The notes under the pieces: model-generated
Told to the model about the DNA's origin: nothing
Database searches by the model: none
What the model saw: the letters and a program-made list of their open reading frames with translations, nothing else
Program-made: the position numbers and the translations under genes
Shown here: positions 56,972 through 64,000 of the stretch, one piece after another
How the letters are laid out: each line of letters starts with the position of its first letter
Position numbering within the stretch: the first letter of the stretch is position 1
NCBI GenBank assembly: GCA_965261085.1
Contig: OZ253442.1
Coordinates: 2,048,001 to 2,112,000, forward strand
Origin: a bacterium
GTDB taxonomy: Bacteria; UBA8248
Direction: 5' to 3'
DNA: 64,000 bases

Positions 56972-57052
56972 GATCCCTGGGATGCACTCGCTTCGGGTCC
57001 TGGGTATAGGGGAATGTGGCCCCCTCGCGCGGGCCGTTTGCGGCTGGACGTT

Positions 57053-58198
57053 CTAGGATTTTCTTCTGAGTTGCACCCTTTTGCTGCCCGTGCCCTCGCT
57101 CTGCGCCTCGCCCCGGCGGCGGTGGCGGATGAGTTCGGCGACGACGGCGACCCCGATCTCTCCCGGCGTATCGGCGCCGATGTCAAGCCCTATGGGCGCA
57201 TGGACGCGCTGGATGAGGTCGCTTCGGTCGTAGCCCCTGTCCTGAAGATGGCGGTAGGTGAGCAGCACCTTGCTTTTGGAGCCAATCATCCCGATGTAGC
57301 GTGCGGGTGTCTTCAACGCCCATTCGAGGACGACCTCGTCGTTCGAATGGCCCCGGGTGATGATGGAGAGATAGTCCGACTCGTCGACCGGAATTTTCTC
57401 GAAAATTTCAGGAAATTCTCCGACGTAGAACGACTCCGCCATCGGGAAGCGCTCCTTGTTCGCGAACGAGGGTCTGTCTTCGACAATCGCGACCCGGAAA
57501 CCTGCGAGGTAGGCCGCCTGCGCCACGCAGAATGAGACGTGCCCGCCGCCGAACATATAGACGAGCGGCTGGCCGGTTATGGGTTCGACAAAAATTTCGG
57601 TCGCCCCTTCGAGCGTGGGCCTTTTCCCGCTCTCGCGCCCGGCGTCCCGGTTGAACTGCAAGAGAGTAGGACTGCCGTTGCGGATGATTTGCGTGCTCTC
57701 CGCCCAGATTTCCGTTGAATAGTTGGGAATCTCGCCCACCGCGCTGCCGTCGCGCCTGAAGAGCATTTTTCTGGCTTCCGGCGTCGGTACATCGAGTCCG
57801 CCGGGCTGAACGATGGTCGCAAGCGCCGCGCTGCCGCCCTGGTTTCTGATCTGGTTGATCTCATCGAGCAGCTCTTCCTGAAACGCCTGGAAGGGTTCTA
57901 CGAGTATTTCCACGACGCCGCCGCAGATATGCCCGCTGTCTTCGGCTTCCTGCTGGGTGAGGTCAAAGGTGAGCTTTTCGGGTTCGCCCGACTCGATGAC
58001 GCTCATGGCGGTTTCCCAGACCTCGGCCTCGAGGCAACCGCCCCCGACGGTGCCTTCCGTGCTGCCGTCCTCGCGCACGAGCATCTTCGCATCGCCGCTC
58101 ATGGGTGCGGACCCCTTGCGGGCCACGACGGTGGCGAGCGCGCCGCTCTGGCCGTCTCCCTTGAGCTTTGCCATTTCCCTGAATACGTCCTTGCTCAT
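57053..58198 (-). CDS. xdhC: XdhC/CoxI family molybdenum hydroxylase accessory protein
   Basis: GSAP, GTVGGGCLE, ICGG, FGGGHV, TRGH, YIGMIGS and PIGLDIGADTP.EI motifs. Confidence 0.9.
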   Translation of the reverse strand: MSKDVFREMAKLKGDGQSGALATVVARKGSAPMSGDAKMLVREDGSTEGTVGGGCLEAEVWETAMSVIESGEPEKLTFDLTQQEAEDSGHICGGVVEILVEPFQAFQEELLDEINQIRNQGGSAALATIVQPGGLDVPTPEARKMLFRRDGSAVGEIPNYSTEIWAESTQIIRNGSPTLLQFNRDAGRESGKRPTLEGATEIFVEPITGQPLVYMFGGGHVSFCVAQAAYLAGFRVAIVEDRPSFANKERFPMAESFYVGEFPEIFEKIPVDESDYLSIITRGHSNDEVVLEWALKTPARYIGMIGSKSKVLLTYRHLQDRGYDRSDLIQRVHAPIGLDIGADTPGEIGVAVVAELIRHRRRGEAQSEGTGSKRVQLRRKS

Positions 58199-58229
58199 TT
58201 TCCGCTCCGCTTGCGTGGAATTACAGTTG

Positions 58230-59057
58230 TTACGCATCCGGTATGATCCGTATGAATACTTCACATTCGTTGTTCATACAAGACGTGAAGAAGATGCCGT
58301 CCGCCGGACCATGAGGCTTTCCGGCTAATTTCCATATAGTATAGGCCGTTTTTTTTAATTTTTCCACCGAGGTTTCCAGATCGGCCTTGTTGATGACGAT
58401 CCACTTGCGCGCGCCGGCCTCCACCTTGTGAAAAAGACCGGCGGGATGCGCGCACAACTTCCCGACTGCCTCTGCCGTTATCTCCTCGCCCTCTCCCAGG
58501 CCGCATATGCGTGAAAACGCCTCGGGACGAAAAACATGTGCCTCGCTCAGGGGCGCGCCCACCGCGTCCAGCCCCACGACGCCCAGCACGGCGTCGAGGC
58601 CTTCGGGGAGTAGGGGTTCATCGGGACCCGGCGCCTTGATGGGCAATCTTCTCGCGCCGTCCGCCTCGATGAGCGTGAGGGCGCCGCTTAGCTGTACGCG
58701 CGCGATTTCCGAAGGCGCGAAGCCGCTCAACTTCATGCGCTTCTCACTCTCCTGGCCCGGAACCGGGACTTTTCCCTCTCGTCTGCGGGCGAACCAGGAG
58801 ATTCCGCATTCGTTCATGTAATGCTCGATGTTTTTGGAGAGTGTCTCTACGTCGCCCAGTGCGAGTTGAAGCCCTTCCTCGGGGAGCGGCGCGAAAATCT
58901 TGGTGGTCGTCGTGAGAACTACAGGTTTTCCGCTTTGTGCGTGAAACTGTCTGGCGAGGGCCGTCAGCAGGCTCGTCTTTCCGCCCCCGCCGACCGCCGC
59001 GACGCATTGGCCCGGCCCGATGCCGAGAGAGCGGATGATGTCGTCTTCCGCTACCAA
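58230..59057 (-). CDS. yqeC: Selenium-dependent hydroxylase accessory protein YqeC
   Basis: VGGGGKTSL, TTTTKI, IEADGARRLPIKAP..EP and INKAD motifs. Confidence 0.9.
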   Translation of the reverse strand: MVAEDDIIRSLGIGPGQCVAAVGGGGKTSLLTALARQFHAQSGKPVVLTTTTKIFAPLPEEGLQLALGDVETLSKNIEHYMNECGISWFARRREGKVPVPGQESEKRMKLSGFAPSEIARVQLSGALTLIEADGARRLPIKAPGPDEPLLPEGLDAVLGVVGLDAVGAPLSEAHVFRPEAFSRICGLGEGEEITAEAVGKLCAHPAGLFHKVEAGARKWIVINKADLETSVEKLKKTAYTIWKLAGKPHGPADGIFFTSCMNNECEVFIRIIPDA

Positions 59058-60823
59058 GTGTGGCTCTCCACGCCGCCGAGCAGTTCGCGCCTTAGAATGT
59101 TCACGAGTTCGGTGGAGAGCTGGGAGAGGTCCTTCACCACGATGTGGTTGGGGTAGATTTGCTCGACGAAGGGGTCCACCACGCCGACGCCGATGACGCG
59201 GACGCCGAGCTTCTGGAGCCGGTTCACCGTGTTCACGAGGTGGGACGCATCCCCGTTGGGCTGGCCGTCCGAGGTGATGATGATGATTTTCTCCTCCTCG
59301 GGCCGCTGGATGAGCCTCCGGTAGGCGAAGAGCAGGTGTTCCTCGTCCCAGTTGTTGAAGCGCGGGTAGATGTTGACGAGCCTGTTTTTCACCTGGGCGA
59401 ATTGATCTTCAAAACCCTTGTAGATGCGGTGTTGCAGGGGAGAGTGCCGGATGTGGCGGAACTTGAACGCGGGTATGTGGCCCAGGGCCGCCGCCATGGC
59501 GGCTTCTGAACTCTCGGTGGAATAGCCGATGACCTCGAAGGGCACGTCGAGACGATCGAGCGCTTCGGCGAAGAATATGGTCGCCTCCCTGGCGGCCATG
59601 TATTTCGACTCGCGGTTCATGCTGCCGCTTTCGTCCACGAGCAGCGTGAAGCACACGTCGAGCTTGTCGGGTTCTTCTTTCCGGTGGAAGAGATGGAATT
59701 TCCCCAGCCGCTGTTTCCACAGCTTCGGGAGGTTCAGCTTGCCCGAGCGGTGCGAGCCGCTGAAGCGGGTGTAGGTTCTCTCCTGGATGATCTGCATGAG
59801 CTTCCACACCAGCACCTTGATTTGGCTGCCCGCATTGTCGATGACCGCCGCGTATTCCTCGGCCTTGCCCTCGGGCGGCAATACGATGGTCCGCTCGTCG
59901 GGATAATCTGCGGTGGGGTGAATTTCCTTTTTGTTGCCCTCGAGTTCGAACCAGGGAGCGGCCCAGTGACCGAGCGCGGCGAGTTCCTCAGGACTCAGTT
60001 CGACTTGCTCTCCCACGTCGTCCTCGTCGATTTCCTCGGCCGCTTCGGGGTGCAGCATTTCGAGTGGTTCGTCGTCTTCGCCCTCGAGGTTTTGGCTCTC
60101 GATTTTCTGGAGAATCTCTTCGGGAATCTCCGAGAGGTCCTGATCCTCATTCATCCGGGAGAGTTGTTCTTCGGTGAAATAGCGCTGGATGGCGTCATAG
60201 ATTTCATTGGCGCAATCGAAGGCGGTTTTGGGGTCTTCGGCGGCGCAGGCGCGATCTATCAGCGGGATGAGTCTGTGAAAAATCTGAACGACGGCGGAGT
60301 CGAACCAGGCCGCCGGCAAATCTCCGGGCCGCGAGGAGGGGACGCCGGGCGTCTGCCCGATCCCGGCGAGGTAAAGCCCCCATTGAATCTGCAAAAACAA
60401 GGGGAGTTGTCCGCTCATCTGGTTGCGCTCGGCCGCTTCGATGGCCGGGAGAATGAAGGCGCGGAAGTTTTTTTTGGTGCCGGGAAGCGATTCCGCGAGG
60501 CGGTTTTCGCACCGCGCGTCCTCGAGCGTGTGCCATATGTGGAAAAGGCCCGGTCTTTTGCGGTTCGCGAGCGCGGCGCGCCCCGCCCAGCGGAACGTCC
60601 CCTGGATTTTGTGGGCCACCTCGATGAGCGTCATCCCCTTCTGGTATCTGAGCACGTGCTCGTCGTTCAGCCCGCCGCCCAGGCGCGCCAGGGTTTGTTC
60701 GGGGTCTTCGACGTGAATGGCGTCTTCCCCGTTCTTCGCCTTGGGGCCGAAGCTCAGGGCGAGCTCGTAATCGTGCGCGGTCACCTGCGCGAGCGCTTCG
60801 AGACGGGCGCGTCGGCGCTCCAT
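59051..60823 (-). CDS. vWA domain protein (CobT/NorD-like)
   Basis: LEDARCE, SGKLN, MIDAS LVDESGSM and TSDGQPN motifs; acidic linker. Confidence 0.85.
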   Translation of the reverse strand: MERRRARLEALAQVTAHDYELALSFGPKAKNGEDAIHVEDPEQTLARLGGGLNDEHVLRYQKGMTLIEVAHKIQGTFRWAGRAALANRKRPGLFHIWHTLEDARCENRLAESLPGTKKNFRAFILPAIEAAERNQMSGQLPLFLQIQWGLYLAGIGQTPGVPSSRPGDLPAAWFDSAVVQIFHRLIPLIDRACAAEDPKTAFDCANEIYDAIQRYFTEEQLSRMNEDQDLSEIPEEILQKIESQNLEGEDDEPLEMLHPEAAEEIDEDDVGEQVELSPEELAALGHWAAPWFELEGNKKEIHPTADYPDERTIVLPPEGKAEEYAAVIDNAGSQIKVLVWKLMQIIQERTYTRFSGSHRSGKLNLPKLWKQRLGKFHLFHRKEEPDKLDVCFTLLVDESGSMNRESKYMAAREATIFFAEALDRLDVPFEVIGYSTESSEAAMAAALGHIPAFKFRHIRHSPLQHRIYKGFEDQFAQVKNRLVNIYPRFNNWDEEHLLFAYRRLIQRPEEEKIIIITSDGQPNGDASHLVNTVNRLQKLGVRVIGVGVVDPFVEQIYPNHIVVKDLSQLSTELVNILRRELLGGVESHTW

Positions 60824-60837
60824 GCCTCATCTCCCGG

Positions 60838-61722
60838 CTAGAAGTGGTTGTCTACGATGTCCTCGAGCACTTTGGCGTCGAAAGAGTTGACCTTGCTGAA
60901 GATGGTCGAGGTGGCGGCTTCCATCGGGTTGAACTGCGCCGCCATGCGCGCCCAGTCGATGAGACGCCGGGTGCTGAACGTGCAGAATACCTTTTCGTTC
61001 AGCATGGCCTCACGCACGTCGTGGCCCACGCGCACCATGCGCTTAATCAGCTCCTCGTCGCGGTTCCCGCTTTGCTGCATGATAACCTCGACTTCCGCCT
61101 CGAAGGGCAGGTAGTCCATCTTCACGGTGACCGGAAATCGATCCAGCAGCGCCTCGTTCAGGGGTTTGGTGCCGCTGTACCTGCGGTCCTCGTGCGGGTT
61201 CATGCTGGCGAAAAGCCTGAAGTTCGGGTGAGGCTTGACGATGCGGCCGTCGTATTCCGATAAAACGATCATGTGGTCATCATCAAGCAGGCTGTGCAGG
61301 CAAAAGGCGATTTCGGGCAGACACGCATTGATCTCGTCGATGAGCAGCCAGTCGCCCGATTGCATGGCGTCGACCAGAATGCCGTTCACCCAGTAGGTGC
61401 CCTGTTCGTTGATCATCAGCTTCCCCACGAACTCATCGACCGTGGTCATGCCGTTTAGGTTCACGCGCCGGAAGCCGTTGTTGGTCATGTGGGCGAGATG
61501 GCGCACCGAGAGAGTTTTGCCGACGCCTGTCTCCCCCACGAGGAGGACGGGCAGGTTCTGGCTCACCGCCCAAGCGATGCGCTCAAGCGCATCACCCGCC
61601 GCCAGGTAGAATTGCGCGGGTGGAACGAAGGAGTTGCCGTTGGTTTCGTTGATGGGAATTTCACTGCGCCCGATGCTGTAGGCGCCGTTTTCCACCGTTT
61701 CGGTCAAGATTTCGGTACTCAA
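60838..61722 (-). CDS. MoxR-type AAA+ ATPase (CbbQ/NirQ/NorQ-like)
   Basis: GETGVGKT, LLIDEIN, HPNFRLFASMNP, LNEALLDRF and STRRL motifs; TTG start overlapping the yqeB stop. Confidence 0.9.
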   Translation of the reverse strand: MSTEILTETVENGAYSIGRSEIPINETNGNSFVPPAQFYLAAGDALERIAWAVSQNLPVLLVGETGVGKTLSVRHLAHMTNNGFRRVNLNGMTTVDEFVGKLMINEQGTYWVNGILVDAMQSGDWLLIDEINACLPEIAFCLHSLLDDDHMIVLSEYDGRIVKPHPNFRLFASMNPHEDRRYSGTKPLNEALLDRFPVTVKMDYLPFEAEVEVIMQQSGNRDEELIKRMVRVGHDVREAMLNEKVFCTFSTRRLIDWARMAAQFNPMEAATSTIFSKVNSFDAKVLEDIVDNHF

Positions 61723-62573
61723 TTCGCATACTCCATGGCTGAAACGCCGAACAGGAACATCATGATGGCCTCGAGCGCGCCGCCGCCGATGGCGCGCGAT
61801 TTATCGGATATCGTGCAGCAATGAACGGGCTCGGCCCTCGGGTCGACGTCGCCCACCTTAAAGCCTGCGCTCACCTCGATGCCGTCTCTCAACAGCCCGC
61901 GCAAGACACCGTCGATGGCGGAGCGCACCTCCTCGCGATTCACACGGGCGACGGCCTCTCCCGCGCTCACCACATCGCCGATCTTGGCGATGGACGTAAA
62001 TATACCGGCTTGGGGCGCGCGCAGCAGCCGCTCTGTGGTGTAGCCGCCGATGGGGCCCGGAACGCCCGTGTTAGGCTTCGCAGCTCCCTCCAGAATTACC
62101 CTCCCCAGGTCGTGTCCCCGAGAAGTCTCGATGACGGCGTGGCAATCAACGCCCGCGGTGAAGCCCGGCCCCAGGCCGATGACGACCTCCGCATCGTCGA
62201 TGCGCGTGCCGAGGTTTCGCTTAGCCAGAATCGCATCGACCACGACAGCGGGCCGAACTTGCGCGACCACCTCGGCGCGCGGGTCCACCATCACCGGAAT
62301 CGAACCCGCATCCAGGATGGCGCGCGCGCTCGTCGCTTTTTCCGCAGGCGTTTCGCCGTCCGCCCGGGCGGAGGTTACACCCTCTACTTTCCATTCATCC
62401 GCATACAGGCACTCGGCGAAGGAAACGGTGCGCCTCACCATTGTGGGGTTCTCGATTTCGGTGATAATGACCGGAAAACCCGCGCGGTGTAAGCGATGCG
62501 CCACGCCGGTGGCGAGGTCTCCGCCTCCCTTGACGAGCACGAGCGTCTCGGCAATGGACCTGCGGTTGCTCAT
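61719..62573 (-). CDS. yqeB: Selenium-dependent molybdenum cofactor biosynthesis protein YqeB
   Basis: VKGGGDLATG, RRTVSF, VDAILAKRNLGT, GLGPGF, RGHDLG, KVGDVDPR and ISDKSRAIGG motifs. Confidence 0.92.
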   Translation of the reverse strand: MSNRRSIAETLVLVKGGGDLATGVAHRLHRAGFPVIITEIENPTMVRRTVSFAECLYADEWKVEGVTSARADGETPAEKATSARAILDAGSIPVMVDPRAEVVAQVRPAVVVDAILAKRNLGTRIDDAEVVIGLGPGFTAGVDCHAVIETSRGHDLGRVILEGAAKPNTGVPGPIGGYTTERLLRAPQAGIFTSIAKIGDVVSAGEAVARVNREEVRSAIDGVLRGLLRDGIEVSAGFKVGDVDPRAEPVHCCTISDKSRAIGGGALEAIMMFLFGVSAMEYAN

Positions 62574-62971
62574 GACGCCTCATCTTCCACGAAGGCCACC
62601 GCGTCGATCTCGATGAGCCATTCGGATTTCGCCAGTCCGCTCACAATCAGGAGCGTGCTCGCCGGGTAGGGCTCGTTGAAACAGGTTTGCCGCACTTCCA
62701 TGCTGCCGGGAAAATTCGCATGATCGGTGAGGTAGACGGTCAGGCGGATGATGTCCTCCATCCCCGCTCCCGCCGCCTCGAGTGCGGCTTTGATGTTCTC
62801 GTACACCTGCCGGGCCTGGGCCTTGATGTCGTCGCCCCCGACGGTGTTGCCGTCCACGTCGGTCGCCACCTGGCCCGCCAGCATGATGAGATGTCCGTTC
62901 GACACTTTCCAGCCCGTGGAATACGCGCCGACCGGCTTTACCTTCTCTGAGTTAATCTGTTGTTTTCCCAT
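62570..62971 (-). CDS. RidA/YjgF family protein
   Basis: YS, AGQV, PYPASTL and LIEIDAVA motifs. Confidence 0.9.
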   Translation of the reverse strand: MGKQQINSEKVKPVGAYSTGWKVSNGHLIMLAGQVATDVDGNTVGGDDIKAQARQVYENIKAALEAAGAGMEDIIRLTVYLTDHANFPGSMEVRQTCFNEPYPASTLLIVSGLAKSEWLIEIDAVAFVEDEAS

Positions 62972-63273
62972 GGGTTCTCCCTCTCGGATCTCATCAGAAA
63001 AGAAACCTCATCTTTCCCCGAAACGGAAATCTAGCACGGGGCCGAACCCGAGGCAACGCAAACGAGCGGATTTATTGCACGGCATAGGGCAAAAAAGAAC
63101 TTTGCATAGAGGCGTATAAGCGCCTCCGGCAATCGCCCGAAAAGGCGCGATATTTCGTGAAATGTGATTGTTCGTGTGATATGCTTCGCCCTGTATGATG
63201 ATCTGACCCGCCAAACCGGAATGAGGCATACGGGGAAATTTCATGCTTCACCGGGCAAACGAAGAGAGGACCC

Positions 63274-63879
63274 ATGGGTAAATTGCCAAAGTTCGACATG
63301 GACGAGATTTTGATTAAAACAATGGACCAGTTCTGGCGTCACGGGTATTCGGCAACGTCGATTCGCGATCTCGAGAACGCAACAGGCCTTTTCCGAGGGA
63401 GCTTATACCACGCCTTCGGCGGCAAGCGCGAGATGTTCTTCCGGGCGCTCCACCGTTACGACCAACTCTACCGGGAGATCCCGATAAAGGAACTCGAAAA
63501 GCATCCCTCGCCGCGACAGGCGGTGTTGTCCGTGTTCGAGGCCGCCTTGGAGGTGACGGAAAACGGTTCCAGCGACGGCTGCCTCGAAGTGAACGTCGCC
63601 CTGGAGCTTGGTGCGCACGATGCGGACGTGGCTTCGTTCGTGGCCAGCGCGTTCGCCGGCATGCAGAAGTTTCTTCGCGCTTGCATCGAGCGGGGCCAGG
63701 CCTGCGGGGAGATATGCCCCGAAGTCGAGCCGGACCAAACGGCGAAGTCACTGCTCGGTCTGTTCCTCGGGCTCAGGGTGCTGGCGCGCGTCTCTCCCGA
63801 TGTGAGCTTTCTGCAGTCTGTCGTTAGCCAAGCCGAGGCCCTCTTGCCGCCGCCGACCCCGGTTTCTCAGGCTTCGTAA
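63274..63879 (+). CDS. TetR/AcrR family transcriptional regulator (NemR-like)
   Basis: FWRHGYSATSIRDL..GSLYHAFGGK HTH; GCL motif. Confidence 0.92.
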   Translation: MGKLPKFDMDEILIKTMDQFWRHGYSATSIRDLENATGLFRGSLYHAFGGKREMFFRALHRYDQLYREIPIKELEKHPSPRQAVLSVFEAALEVTENGSSDGCLEVNVALELGAHDADVASFVASAFAGMQKFLRACIERGQACGEICPEVEPDQTAKSLLGLFLGLRVLARVSPDVSFLQSVVSQAEALLPPPTPVSQAS

Positions 63880-64000
63880 AAAAAGACCGGTCCGCGGGAC
63901 CGCGCTTCTTCCTTTTCGGTTGGGATTGATTTCCTAGGGACGAGCCCGCCTGTCCGCCCGCCTCGTGTGCCGCCAGGAAGAAAACGTGGGTGGCGGACAT

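Overview
A GC-rich bacterial chromosomal window. The REP load, TbpB-like lipoproteins and ATPase/TPR genes suggest a host-associated lineage such as a sponge symbiont, but this is inference only. From left to right it contains: (i) a minus-strand operon of TAXI-TRAP transporter, VOC protein, 2-hydroxyacid dehydrogenase, citrate synthase, aconitase and PrpF; (ii) quinone reductase, an internally deleted thioesterase, CoA transferase, alpha/beta hydrolase and two EamA genes; (iii) a nitrogen-heterocycle/ureide region with a cyanuric-acid-type ring-opening amidohydrolase, BMP-type ABC transporter, cyclase, FdrA/YahF, DUF1116/YahG, a LIV-type ABC without ATPases and carbamate kinase; (iv) an accessory region at 34.2-42.9 kb with two surface lipoprotein paralogs, a duplicated small-protein cassette, an IS1182 element and a matching MITE; (v) pyrR, cca, TPR, DUF1194, two more quinone reductases, a haloacid dehalogenase, a comDE-like pair and pdxA; (vi) an ATPase/TPR gene pair whose first gene is broken; (vii) comF and a RidA-yqeB-AAA-vWA-yqeC-xdhC operon, then TetR. 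The most novel-looking signal is non-coding. Lipoprotein 1 has an ~800-nt leader built from tandem hairpin units, each copying the gene's own ribosome-binding region. Just downstream of the gene lies a structured RNA whose sequence GUUUGAGUCCUCUCGGU is complementary to those copies and to the RBS of both lipoprotein genes. This is a candidate RNA-based switch for surface-protein paralogs. No database searches or folding programs were run; all calls rest on reading motifs by eye.
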